From the IMG/VR virus record IMGVR_UViG_3300044957_000729: a stretch of DNA of 64,000 bases; one strand, given 5' to 3'. The stretch's first letter is position 1, and every line of letters starts with the position of its first letter. The translations under genes and the position numbers were made by a program. The notes under the pieces are model-generated. The model ran no database searches. It was not told where the DNA came from and saw only the letters and a program-made list of their open reading frames with translations. Source of the stretch: a virus. Below, one piece after another: positions 1-9,671 of the stretch.

Positions 1-603
1 GGAACTAGTGGAACTTCTGGATCTTCAGGAACAGATGGAACTAGTGGAACATCTGGATCTTCGGGATCTTCAGGAACAGATGGAACTAGTGGAACTTCTG
101 GATCTTCGGGAACAAGTGGAAGCTCAGGATCTTCAGGAACAGATGGAACTAGTGGAACTTCTGGATCTTCAGGAACAAGTGGAAGCTCAGGATCTTCAGG
201 AACAGATGGAACTAGTGGAACTTCTGGATCTTCAGGAACAAGTGGAAGCTCAGGATCTTCAGGAACAGATGGAACTAGTGGAACTTCTGGATCTTCAGGA
301 ACCGATGGAACTAGTGGAACTTCTGGATCTTCGGGAACAAGTGGAAGCTCAGGATCTTCAGGAACAGATGGAACTAGTGGAACTTCTGGATCTTCAGGAA
401 CAGATGGAACTAGAGGAACTTCTGGATCTTCGGGATCTTCAGGAACAGATGGAACTAGTGGAACATCTGGATCTTCAGGAACAAGTGGAAGCTCAGGATC
501 TTCAGGAACAGATGGAACTAGTGGAACTTCTGGATCTTCAGGAACAGATGGAACTAGTGGAACATCTGGATCTTCGGGGACAAGCGGAAGCTCAGGATCT
601 TCT
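1..603 (+). repeat. Array of 9-nt modules (ggaactagt, ggaacttct, ggatcttca, ggaacagat, ggaacaagt, ggaagctca) encoding about 67 Gly-X-Y triplets
   Basis: Read directly; a Gly codon recurs every 9 nt. Confidence 0.95.
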
Positions 604-1911
604 TCAACAGTTAGTGGTGCAGGCAATGAAGTTTTAACTTCTGATGGTTTGGGTGGAATCATAGCGAATAATAATTTAACTTTCAACGGAAGCGAACTAT
701 CCGTCACAGGATATCAAACAATTGTCAACGATTTAAACTTAGGATATTCTCTACGGGTAAATAGCATGGCTACAAACTTTTCACACGACTCGATTTTTGT
801 AGTAAACACGGGTGATAATACAAATTCAAATATACTGACAGGTGTAAATGTAGACGTTACTAGTGGTCTTATCTCTAATACATGTTTTGTCGGCTCAATT
901 TATTCTGGATATGGTAGTAACTATGGAATGAATCTGAGAAACGGTTCAACCGAGACAGGTTCATCTCAATTTGGGGCGTCAGTAAGTGTTCATGGTTCAG
1001 GACCAACTGAAAAATATGGATATTTTGCACACGTTGATAATACCTCTGACTTTAATTATGGTGTTTACACTGTAGTTGGTGGAGGTACTGATGAAAATTA
1101 TGGAGTTTATTCAATGCTCAATAGTTTTGCGGGTGACACATACGGGATATATGTGTCTAATAATAGTACCAACTCATTAGGTTCCGATTTACATTATGGT
1201 GGTAAAATTACTGTTGGCGGTATTGGTCAACCAACAAGCACTGTAAAATATGGTTTAGAGATAGACGTTTCTGCTGATGCTCGAATTAACTATGGAGTTC
1301 ACATTGATGTTGCAGGAGCCACAGACAATTACAGTATTGTCACTGAAAATGGAGTTGCTATATTTAATAATCTTGGGGACTCAGCATCAGATTTTCAAGT
1401 TAAAGGAGATACTGATGACCATCTTTTATTTATAGGCTCATCTACCAATAATGTAGGTATAGGAACTAACACACCAACAAGTAAACTTCATGTCAGTGGT
1501 GATTATACTTTTGTGCACGACCCTACGACCGAATTAACCTCATCAGTAAGTGGATATGGTGATATTGTTACTTTCGGGTCAGGAAGTTTAACCGCGGGTG
1601 GTTTATATTATTTAAGCGCTTTGGGGGCTTGGGTATCCACAGACGCCAATGCTGCATCCACGGCAACAGGAATGTTAGCATTCGCCCTTGGCTCATCGGC
1701 ATCTGATGGTATGTTAGTTAGAGGTTACATTAAAAATTCTGGATTTTCAGCCACAACGGGAGACATTGTATATGTTTCAACAACCGCAGGAGATGTCACA
1801 ACTACAGCACCATCAGGTAGTGGAGACATAATAAGAATTATTGGATACAGTGTTGATGGAACAAATAAAATAATATATTTTAACCCCGACAACAGTTGGG
1901 TGGAGGTTTAA
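1..1911 (+). CDS. Collagen-like (Gly-X-Y, Ser/Thr-rich) fibre protein, 5'-partial
   Basis: Frame 1 is open from base 1 (GTS GTS GSS GTD...) through SSTVSGAGNEVLTSDGLGGI into the 649..1911 ORF. It has a beta-rich Gly/Tyr region, a VGIGTNTPTSKLHV fibre motif and a C-terminal IIRIIGY..IYFNPDNSW domain. Confidence 0.85.
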   Translation, partial: GTSGTSGSSGTDGTSGTSGSSGSSGTDGTSGTSGSSGTSGSSGSSGTDGTSGTSGSSGTSGSSGSSGTDGTSGTSGSSGTSGSSGSSGTDGTSGTSGSSGTDGTSGTSGSSGTSGSSGSSGTDGTSGTSGSSGTDGTRGTSGSSGSSGTDGTSGTSGSSGTSGSSGSSGTDGTSGTSGSSGTDGTSGTSGSSGTSGSSGSSSTVSGAGNEVLTSDGLGGIIANNNLTFNGSELSVTGYQTIVNDLNLGYSLRVNSMATNFSHDSIFVVNTGDNTNSNILTGVNVDVTSGLISNTCFVGSIYSGYGSNYGMNLRNGSTETGSSQFGASVSVHGSGPTEKYGYFAHVDNTSDFNYGVYTVVGGGTDENYGVYSMLNSFAGDTYGIYVSNNSTNSLGSDLHYGGKITVGGIGQPTSTVKYGLEIDVSADARINYGVHIDVAGATDNYSIVTENGVAIFNNLGDSASDFQVKGDTDDHLLFIGSSTNNVGIGTNTPTSKLHVSGDYTFVHDPTTELTSSVSGYGDIVTFGSGSLTAGGLYYLSALGAWVSTDANAASTATGMLAFALGSSASDGMLVRGYIKNSGFSATTGDIVYVSTTAGDVTTTAPSGSGDIIRIIGYSVDGTNKIIYFNPDNSWVEV

Positions 1912-1915
1912 TGAT

Positions 1916-2425
1916 ATGAGTAAGTTTAATGGATTTAATTTTTACAATAAAAAACAAGTTGTTCTGACTAGTGGAATTCCAAGTGCCTCTATTAATTCAG
2001 CGTCTAATCAAAAAATAACTTCAGTTTATGTACCGGCAAATACTTTCACAGCTGGTGATATATTACATATCGAGTGGGTTACTCGGTTAACAGGATTAAC
2101 ATCTGGAAATTTTAGTAGTAATCTATATTGGAACGAAACTGATGATTTAACAACACCTATTCAGTTGACTACACGTACAGTTGCCAATACAAATGTTGGT
2201 TATAGACAAAACAGAAGACTTTCAATTAGTGTTGCTAATGGAACAGGTAATGGTTCAATTATTTACGGGGTGTCAAATCAACTTGATTCCGATTTTGCGT
2301 TAGCAACATTTGCTATATCAAGTGGATTGGCACTTAATTGGACAAACGACTCATACATCATATTAGCCGGATTTTGTGGTACGGGTACTGGAGTAAGGAC
2401 TGAATTTTTTAAAGTTAGTAATTAA
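1916..2425 (+). CDS. Fibre-associated beta-rich protein, paralogue 1
   Basis: Shares VPANTF.AGD, GxGxGS and LNWTxDSYIILAG with 2688..3203 and 3196..3711. Confidence 0.7.
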   Translation: MSKFNGFNFYNKKQVVLTSGIPSASINSASNQKITSVYVPANTFTAGDILHIEWVTRLTGLTSGNFSSNLYWNETDDLTTPIQLTTRTVANTNVGYRQNRRLSISVANGTGNGSIIYGVSNQLDSDFALATFAISSGLALNWTNDSYIILAGFCGTGTGVRTEFFKVSN

Positions 2426-2430
2426 ATATT

Positions 2431-2691
2431 ATGGTGCATTTACAAAAAAAATTAAACACATTAGTTAAATCTAAAGATTCAGAAGGGTCTTCATTTTTAG
2501 ATGTTCCAAGAACTTTAACATTTACAATCGCTGATGATGAAGGACATAGTGGATTTTTTTCAAACAACTCCGAAGACGTTTCTTTGGAATTAGATAACAA
2601 TATTATTTTTTTCAAAGTTATAGAAACAACAATAGATGGTATAAAATTTTTAGATGCTCAATCTTTAATAAATTATGTTTACGACTTATGA
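2431..2691 (+). CDS. Hypothetical protein (86 aa)
   Basis: Fills the gap between paralogues; ATGA overlap with the next gene. Confidence 0.6.
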   Translation: MVHLQKKLNTLVKSKDSEGSSFLDVPRTLTFTIADDEGHSGFFSNNSEDVSLELDNNIIFFKVIETTIDGIKFLDAQSLINYVYDL

Positions 2692-3203
2692 CAAAGATAA
2701 TAGGTTTTAATATGTATAGTCCTTTTAAGACTATTAGTTTGACAACACCTCAATCAACAACTTCGTCATTGACTGAAATAAAATTGGGTTCGATACTTGT
2801 TCCTGCCAATACGTTTAGTGTGGGAGATTCATTAAAAATCGAATGTTTTGCAAGAAAACAAAATACAAATGCCGCTTCTAACATCAGATTATATTGGAAT
2901 AGCGCAGACAGTATTTCATCACCAACACCAATTAGAATTGGTGAATTTCTTGCAGTACAATCAACGGCAACTGCCATCCCAATCACCAGAAGATTAGGTG
3001 TTGTTACATCCGATGGTTCAAGTAGCGGAACAAGTGTTATGTTAAATACTGTTGACCTCTATTCAGATTATATTGTCCCTACGGCAACTCCAAGCAACTT
3101 GGCATTAAATTGGACTATAGATAGTTATATTATATTAGCAGGTGATGTTGACAACGCATCTGATATATTAAATTGTCAATGGATTAGAATTACAAATGGC
3201 TAA
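2688..3203 (+). CDS. Fibre-associated beta-rich protein, paralogue 2
   Basis: VPANTFSVGD, LNWTIDSYIILAG, CQWI. Confidence 0.7.
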   Translation: MTKIIGFNMYSPFKTISLTTPQSTTSSLTEIKLGSILVPANTFSVGDSLKIECFARKQNTNAASNIRLYWNSADSISSPTPIRIGEFLAVQSTATAIPITRRLGVVTSDGSSSGTSVMLNTVDLYSDYIVPTATPSNLALNWTIDSYIILAGDVDNASDILNCQWIRITNG

Positions 3204-3711
3204 GATAATAGGATATAATGTTGGTGTTAAATATAAAATTGTAACTACTACAACACCGACAGGAAGCGTTAATTCAACTTCTAATACATTGATAAATTCA
3301 TTGTTAATTCCTGCAAATACCTTTTCTTCTGGGGATATTGTTACAATAGAAAGTTGTGTTACTAAAAGTGCGACCAATGGTAATTTCAACAATTTCTTTT
3401 ACATAAACACATCTGCTTCATTGGTTGGGGCTACTTTAGTGGCCACAAACCCAACCCTGGGAAACACAACTAGAGCGGTTCAACTTTATCGTAGATTGGC
3501 CATTGATGTTGCATCTGGCTCTGGTAACGGTACAATAATAGTAAACACGTCAATAGGTGCTAGAGATGATGTAGGAGTCACAAATTATACTACAGGTTTT
3601 TCTACTTTAACAACCAATTGGACCGCCGATCAATATTTAATTGTCTCAGGGTTTGTTGTTAGTGCCTCAGATACACTCACTTGCCAATGGATAAAGGCCG
3701 CTAATGGTTAA
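3196..3711 (+). CDS. Fibre-associated beta-rich protein, paralogue 3
   Basis: IPANTFSSGD, NWTADQYLIVSG, CQWI. Confidence 0.7.
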   Translation: MAKIIGYNVGVKYKIVTTTTPTGSVNSTSNTLINSLLIPANTFSSGDIVTIESCVTKSATNGNFNNFFYINTSASLVGATLVATNPTLGNTTRAVQLYRRLAIDVASGSGNGTIIVNTSIGARDDVGVTNYTTGFSTLTTNWTADQYLIVSGFVVSASDTLTCQWIKAANG

Positions 3712-3731
3712 GTTTTTAAAATACAAGTGTT

Positions 3732-3801
3732 ACTGGTGAAATTGTTAGAATTATTGGATATTGTATCGAGTAGCACAAAAATAATATGGCATCCCGAAAA
3801 C
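3732..3801 (+). pseudogene. Relic copy of the fibre C-terminus
   Basis: Reads TGEIVRIIGYCIE then, shifted, STKIIWHPEN, versus SGDIIRIIGYSVDGTNKIIYFNPDN in the fibre. The 14-mer agaattattggata occurs at 1834-1847 and 3747-3760. Confidence 0.7.
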
Positions 3802-3824
3802 TTTATAAATGATTTTCCTATAAT
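3796..3824 (+). promoter_or_regulatory. GAAA-N19-TATAAT promoter motif
   Basis: Same spacing recurs upstream of six other genes. Confidence 0.65.
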
Positions 3825-3844
3825 TTTAACACTGAATTCAGATT

Positions 3845-6800
3845 ATGATTAAAGTTAGAGCCCACACGTGCTATTTAGGAAACAGCGGATATTCAGCACA
3901 TTCAAGATCTTTTTTTAGAGAACTTTCAAAACACGTTGATTTAAGAATAAGGAATTACACCCGGGACTCAAATCCCGATTATATAAATGAAACAGATCTG
4001 GAAATAATCGACCTAATAAACCTTAAGGATTCCGACGGAAAGAACAGGGATTATCCTATTTCTCATTCATTTCCAAACCATAAATGGAAAAATGTAAATT
4101 TAGAATTTACACCAGATGTTGATTTAGTCCTGATGGACATGAACCATTTCTATTTTTACGAAGAATATAATTCTAAAATAAAAATAGCATATACTGTATG
4201 GGAAAGTACAGAGATTCCAAACCACTTCTTCAAACAACTACTAAAGTTTGATTACCTCTGGGTAGCCACGGAATGGCACAAAGAAGTAATAGTAAATCAA
4301 GGATATCCAGAATTTAGGGTTTTCGTAGTAAACGAAGGGGTTAACGATGAATTTTTTAATGAGGGTAGATTTTTATTTCCAGACGACTATAATGACAATA
4401 GATTTAAATTTATTTTTTTTGGTAGATGGGACTATAGAAAATCAGTTCCGGAAATAATAGATTCTTTTCTAAAGGCTTTCCCTAACAATGAGCCAGTAGA
4501 TCTTATAATAAGTGCGGATAATCCATACGCAGTTGATGGGATGAATAACACAGAGGAAAGAATGAATAATTATGGATTTAATGATGAGAGAATAAAAATA
4601 AAACACTTCTTAACTAGAGAACAGTATGTAAACTACATAAAGGCTGGGCATGTGCTAATAACTTGTGCTAGAAGTGAAGGATGGAATATTCCTCTTATTG
4701 AAGCTATGGCAGCAGGGACACCAGTAATCTACTCAGATTGGGGAGCTCAATTAGAATTTGCTAGAGGGAAAGGATCTCCTGTAAAAATAAGAAAGGAACT
4801 GCCAGCTTCGATTGGTGCAGATCTAGGATTTGCTAGTAACACACCAGGGCTCTATGCAGAACCAGACTACGAAGACTTAACAGAGGTATTAAAAGATTGC
4901 TTTAATAATTATCAAGAGAAAAAAGAGTCTGCTATCAAGCAGTCTGTTGAAATAAAACAAAAATACAATTGGGAAAAAATAGGTGAGGATGGATATCTAT
5001 CACTTCTAAAAATACTTCCTAGAAAAATAGAGTCCTCTCCAAAAGGGGAAGAAGCTGCTGTTGTGCTTTCACACTGCGAGACTAGGGATAAACTTTTGTG
5101 TCTAACTAGATGTTTAATTAACCTGAAGTCTCAAGGGTACTTTGTTATATTATCTTCCCACATATCAGTTCCCGATTACATATTGGATATGTGTGATTAT
5201 TTTGTGTGTGAAACGGATAATCCTATAGTAGAGAAAAAAGAGTATCATGCTCTTTCGAGAACAACCCCCGTTCATTGGTTTAACTATCCAGGAGAATATC
5301 AGCTATCGTATCCTTTTGATTTTAATCACGGATTTGCAGCTTTAAGACTTATTCAGAATGGTGTTAATGTAGCTATACAAAACGGATTTAACAAAACACA
5401 CTTTATAAATTATGACTATATAATAGAAGATAAATCAACTATTCCTTCCCACTCAGAAGCTTTAGATAGTTTTTCAGTGGTAAGCTATTTATGGAATGCT
5501 TATAAATCAATCAATTCTGGATTTTTCTCTGCTATAAGCCAAGATTTGTATAAAGCTATAGAATCTACAAGAAAAAAAGCTGACTATTTTAGATTTGATG
5601 AGGTTGTAATATTAGAAGACTTTCTTTTCAGATGTATAGAAGAAAAAAGTTTATCGATCAATATAAGAGATCCTAAGGAGGAAAAGAAGAAAAATATATT
5701 TAACTTCTTCATGGTTGAAACTTATCCTTATATAAAGACAAATAAAGGCGAATACGCTCATATTTATTTAGGTAAAGAAGCATCATCAGGAGAGTACTTT
5801 GTATGCGTTTCAGGAACACAAGAAGAGGAGATAAAAGCAGAAATTATATACAACGGAGAAAGTATAGAAGTTAAAGCACCATTCCATCCTATGAAATTTT
5901 TCACGGTCCCCGAAGAAATGATTAATAATGGCTTTGAAGTTTGTGTGCCCGAGTATGATATAAAATATGAATACTCTAAAGATTCTAAATATGCTGATAT
6001 CAATATACACAATAAGAATCTAATCTTTAATCTTTACGAGAGAGATCCTAAATTTAATATACATTTCATAGATGGTCCTTTCGTAGAAATTAAGAACACT
6101 CCTGGCGGAGTTTTCTTAGTCCAATTCATAGACTCTGACACTAATACTATAAAATACGAGACGGTACTACAGAATAATCATTGGGCAAGATCATCTTTTA
6201 AATACTATGTAAACTGGTTAATCAAACTAACTGATTTAAAAACAAATAAAGTTTATGAGTATAGACAAGATTTAACAGAGAAAAGAATTCTTATTTCTTT
6301 TGAATCCTCTTCGTTAGGTGACACCTTAGCTTGGGTTCCTTATGCAGATGAGCTAAGAAAAAAATACAATGCTAATATTTATGTGTCAACATTTAAAAAT
6401 TCATTATTTTCTAGTCAATATCCGGAAGTAAAATTTGTTCAGCCAGGAACTCCTGTTAATAATTTATATGCTTTATACAGAATAGGATGGTTCTATGAAG
6501 GCGATAAGTTTAATAGCACTTTAAATCCATCGGATTTTAAGAATGAAGCACTACAAAAAACAGCATCTGATATTCTAGGTATAGATTATAACCCAATACC
6601 AGCAAAGCTTAACTTACCAGATTTACCTAAACCTTTACAAGAACCCTATGTTTGTATTGCTATCCATTCAACAGCACAAGCTAAATACTGGAATAATCCT
6701 ATGGGATGGCAAGAAGTTACGGACTGGCTAATATCGAATGGATACAAAGTTGTAATGCTGAGCATAGAAGAGGATGGATACATGGGTAATTATTATCCAA

Positions 6801-7222
6801 AGGGTATAACGCTAGTAGAGGGGGAAAGGAGTTTAACAAATGCAATAAACTATTTACAGCATTCCGAAATGTTTATAGGCATTGGATCTGGTCTAAGCTG
6901 GCTTTCTTGGTCTGTTGGTATACCAACAGTAATTATTTCGGGATTCAGTAATCCTATTACAGAACCTCTAGATGACAAGATAATAAGAATATTTAATGAC
7001 CAAACCTGTAACAGCTGTTTTAACAGATACAGGTTAGATGCAGGTGATTGGAATTGGTGCCCGGATTACAAAGGAACAGAAAGACAATTCGAATGTACTA
7101 AATCTATTACCGGTTCTTCTGTAATAAAAGAAATATCTAAATTTCTAAATTCTAAAACACATCAAAAATCGGTAGGGACTATAATCAATGAATCAAATAG
7201 ACGACATATCATGGGCAAATAA
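3845..7222 (+). CDS. Multidomain glycosyltransferase: N-terminal GT4, central GT-like domain, C-terminal AAH/TibC (BAHT)-like protein O-glycosyltransferase
   Basis: GT4 motifs GRWDYRK and EGWNIPLIEAMAAG. C-terminal FIDGPFVEI, SLGDTLAW, HSTAQAKYWNNP.GW, GIGSGLSW, and four cysteines CNSC..WNWCP..FECT. Confidence 0.8.
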   Translation: MIKVRAHTCYLGNSGYSAHSRSFFRELSKHVDLRIRNYTRDSNPDYINETDLEIIDLINLKDSDGKNRDYPISHSFPNHKWKNVNLEFTPDVDLVLMDMNHFYFYEEYNSKIKIAYTVWESTEIPNHFFKQLLKFDYLWVATEWHKEVIVNQGYPEFRVFVVNEGVNDEFFNEGRFLFPDDYNDNRFKFIFFGRWDYRKSVPEIIDSFLKAFPNNEPVDLIISADNPYAVDGMNNTEERMNNYGFNDERIKIKHFLTREQYVNYIKAGHVLITCARSEGWNIPLIEAMAAGTPVIYSDWGAQLEFARGKGSPVKIRKELPASIGADLGFASNTPGLYAEPDYEDLTEVLKDCFNNYQEKKESAIKQSVEIKQKYNWEKIGEDGYLSLLKILPRKIESSPKGEEAAVVLSHCETRDKLLCLTRCLINLKSQGYFVILSSHISVPDYILDMCDYFVCETDNPIVEKKEYHALSRTTPVHWFNYPGEYQLSYPFDFNHGFAALRLIQNGVNVAIQNGFNKTHFINYDYIIEDKSTIPSHSEALDSFSVVSYLWNAYKSINSGFFSAISQDLYKAIESTRKKADYFRFDEVVILEDFLFRCIEEKSLSINIRDPKEEKKKNIFNFFMVETYPYIKTNKGEYAHIYLGKEASSGEYFVCVSGTQEEEIKAEIIYNGESIEVKAPFHPMKFFTVPEEMINNGFEVCVPEYDIKYEYSKDSKYADINIHNKNLIFNLYERDPKFNIHFIDGPFVEIKNTPGGVFLVQFIDSDTNTIKYETVLQNNHWARSSFKYYVNWLIKLTDLKTNKVYEYRQDLTEKRILISFESSSLGDTLAWVPYADELRKKYNANIYVSTFKNSLFSSQYPEVKFVQPGTPVNNLYALYRIGWFYEGDKFNSTLNPSDFKNEALQKTASDILGIDYNPIPAKLNLPDLPKPLQEPYVCIAIHSTAQAKYWNNPMGWQEVTDWLISNGYKVVMLSIEEDGYMGNYYPKGITLVEGERSLTNAINYLQHSEMFIGIGSGLSWLSWSVGIPTVIISGFSNPITEPLDDKIIRIFNDQTCNSCFNRYRLDAGDWNWCPDYKGTERQFECTKSITGSSVIKEISKFLNSKTHQKSVGTIINESNRRHIMGK

Positions 7223-7322
7223 AACTATAGATTTAGCAAGAAACCATCTTGAAAAGCTACAAAAGATAGACGACAAAACCGTTGATTCGTTCATAGAATT
7301 TTGGTTAAGGAGAACGGAATAA
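7188..7322 (+). other. Small overlapping ORF (44 aa) or orphaned 3' end of a deleted gene
   Basis: MNQIDDISWANKTIDLARNHLEKLQKIDDKTVDSFIEFWLRRTE overlaps the last codons of the GT gene. Confidence 0.4.
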
Positions 7323-7364
7323 TATTTTAATTTGGTGATTTTAATTTATATCTCACCCACCAGG

Positions 7365-7372
7365 GATATATA
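7365..7372 (+). promoter_or_regulatory. GATATATA putative late promoter
   Basis: Recurrent intergenic motif. Confidence 0.55.
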
Positions 7373-7418
7373 ATAGTGAGGAAAAGATTAATGCAAGGGT
7401 GGAACACTTCCTTGATAT

Positions 7419-7985
7419 TTGAGTAAAATTAATAAAAGGCAGATGGTGATATCAGAAAAAAATAAGTTGTTGATCAATAGGGTAATAGACACCATAGATT
7501 GGCCTCTAGTCCATAAATTTTATAAATTAGTGGGAAGGACAATAGGAAACGAAACCACACAAATCCCGGGAATAAAAAAGCTAGACAAAAAAGCAAAGCT
7601 AACAGAGGAACATATAAAAGACGAAGTTTTACACGTTATAAATCATGTCGTTGAAAATGACATATCCCAATATATGTATGGTCCATGGAATGTGATCTGG
7701 GTAAACGGAGAATGGGAAATGGAAATACCAGAGACTGACGAAAACGGGAAGGAAATAGAAAACGGAGAGAGTACTTTTGTTCCTATAATGGAGTCAATCT
7801 TGGAATTACATTTTTCTCCTATGGTTGTAGTTTCAAAAGAAACAGTTTTTACTGAGGAAGAAATGGAGGCAAAGCCAGAAACAGTTGATCTACAAAAACA
7901 ATTAGAAAAAGCACTAAGTGATGAAAATTATGAACTAGCTTCAAAACTTAGAGACCTAATTGAGGTATATAAGAAACAAAAATGA
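7419..7985 (+). CDS. Hypothetical protein with C-terminal UVR (UvrB/C) motif
   Basis: LQKQLEKALSDENYELASKLRDLI. Confidence 0.7.
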   Translation: MSKINKRQMVISEKNKLLINRVIDTIDWPLVHKFYKLVGRTIGNETTQIPGIKKLDKKAKLTEEHIKDEVLHVINHVVENDISQYMYGPWNVIWVNGEWEMEIPETDENGKEIENGESTFVPIMESILELHFSPMVVVSKETVFTEEEMEAKPETVDLQKQLEKALSDENYELASKLRDLIEVYKKQK

Positions 7986-8854
7986 AAAGAAGAATTAAGC
8001 TAATAAACGAACAATTTGCGCAATCTATAAATGGAGATGGATTTAATAGTTCCAATGGAGTATTTAAAGTCAATTACAAGGCTTACTCCGATCTTTCTAT
8101 TGCAGTTGGAAGAGATGCAGATCCTAGTTTATTAGTCAAGGATTCCGTTTTTCAGGTTGGAGACATAGTAGAAGGTAAAGCAAAAGGAACAAATAAAAAG
8201 ATAAAAGGTGAAGTTATAGAAACGTTTAAAGCTACTGACGGTAAATCCTATATCATAAAAATACAATCACTAAAAAATAAAAAAAATTACACACTAATTC
8301 CAGGATCTATTGAATTTTGCGAGGATAGAGGTAATTCAAAAAATGTTATGGGAATGGGAATAGATTCTAGGGAAAAAAACGCACAAAATCTTAAATATAA
8401 TGGAGGGAATATTATTTGGGGGTCTTTAGAAAATAAAACTCTGGATCACCCATATTTGGATGTTGAAGGCGATCCAGTAGAAGGACCAATGGGAACTGGT
8501 TGGAAAATTCAATTCTCCGACAATTTACCAAAGGAGGATCTTGTGTTTAATTGTTTTATACCAGCTCCCGAAAAAAATACTATACATTTTTCTAGATCAT
8601 CTGTTAATAGTGCGTTTAAGGACATTTTAAAAGCAGCAGAGGCATTCTGTTATTTCTGTTATCACCCTGAACTTTCAGAAGAAACACTAGATTTAAAAAC
8701 TCTACTTTCTATTTTATTTTTAGAACTAAGAAATGAGATGGAGCCAAAAAAACATGTTATCCAGCACTTCCCTTCACTTTGTAATAAGTCGTACGGGGAA
8801 TCCAAAGACGAAAATATAGAAAAAGCAAAAGAAATCATAGATCGATTTTTGTAA
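7982..8854 (+). CDS. Hypothetical, possible internal head protein
   Basis: 290-aa ORF, coupled at both ends; N-terminus MKRRIKLINE. Confidence 0.6.
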   Translation: MKRRIKLINEQFAQSINGDGFNSSNGVFKVNYKAYSDLSIAVGRDADPSLLVKDSVFQVGDIVEGKAKGTNKKIKGEVIETFKATDGKSYIIKIQSLKNKKNYTLIPGSIEFCEDRGNSKNVMGMGIDSREKNAQNLKYNGGNIIWGSLENKTLDHPYLDVEGDPVEGPMGTGWKIQFSDNLPKEDLVFNCFIPAPEKNTIHFSRSSVNSAFKDILKAAEAFCYFCYHPELSEETLDLKTLLSILFLELRNEMEPKKHVIQHFPSLCNKSYGESKDENIEKAKEIIDRFL

Positions 8855-9639
8855 TGTCCATAGAGAGAAAGAGAAATCTTTTAAGAGTAACGAGGGAAAG
8901 GTTTGCTAATGTTATAAAACCCACAGCTTCTGCACCAAATCCTACTTCTAGTGTAAGTGTAGAAAAAAGAGAAATCGTACACAATAAATCGGAAAGGATA
9001 ATAACATCTGTAAAATCATCCTATCTAGGTAATTTACTTTATCCTAATTATATAAATAAATTTAATGGAGAGACATTTATTGTAGCAGGATGCGGTTCAT
9101 CTATTAACATTTATAATGATTTTAGTAAATATTATGTAATAGGGGTTAATGATATAGAGAGGATCTTAACTCCTGATTTTTTAGTGGTAGTAAACGATCA
9201 CAGAACTTTTATGAGAGGAAGATGGGAGTACGTAAGGGATTCTTTGAGTCCTGTTATATTTACACATCTTGATAATCCTGGACCTATAAATAAGGCTAGC
9301 CATCTATCTAAAATAAAAATAGGTTCTAGAAACACCCTGAATTTAGATAATTTAACTGCCGTAGATTACACAATGAATTCGCCTTACATGGCAATTATAA
9401 TAGCATACCAACTAGGGGCTAAAAAGATAGGAATGGTAGGAGTAGATTTTACACAGGATCATTTCTTTGCTAATACAGGATCACACAAACTATCTAAGCA
9501 CGTTAAAAATATTGATCAAGAATATCTTGTTCTAAGGAATCTTTTAGAAGCTAAAGGAGTAAAGGTTGCAAATCTTTCTCCGATAAGTTTATTGTCATCC
9601 TGGCCAAAAATGGATCTAGATCGGTTCGACTCTATTTAA
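8854..9639 (+). CDS. Maf/DUF115-like (sialyltransferase-like fold) transferase
   Basis: IVAGCGSS, IGVND, AYQLGAKKIGMVGVDF. Confidence 0.6.
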   Translation: MSIERKRNLLRVTRERFANVIKPTASAPNPTSSVSVEKREIVHNKSERIITSVKSSYLGNLLYPNYINKFNGETFIVAGCGSSINIYNDFSKYYVIGVNDIERILTPDFLVVVNDHRTFMRGRWEYVRDSLSPVIFTHLDNPGPINKASHLSKIKIGSRNTLNLDNLTAVDYTMNSPYMAIIIAYQLGAKKIGMVGVDFTQDHFFANTGSHKLSKHVKNIDQEYLVLRNLLEAKGVKVANLSPISLLSSWPKMDLDRFDSI

Positions 9640-9671
9640 GAAACTTATTTCTTTTTTTTAATAAAAAATAT

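Noticed and set aside
1-603. CRISPR-like or non-coding repeat array
   Set aside because: No unique spacers; strict 9-nt periodicity encodes protein.
8-637. 209-aa MELLDLQEQ repeat ORF
   Set aside because: Shadow frame of the Gly-X-Y array; frame 1 continues into the fibre gene.
7333-7414. Small hairpins (ggtga/tcacc; caagg..ccttg) as a structured RNA
   Set aside because: Stems are short and imperfect with no U-tract; not distinguishable from chance.
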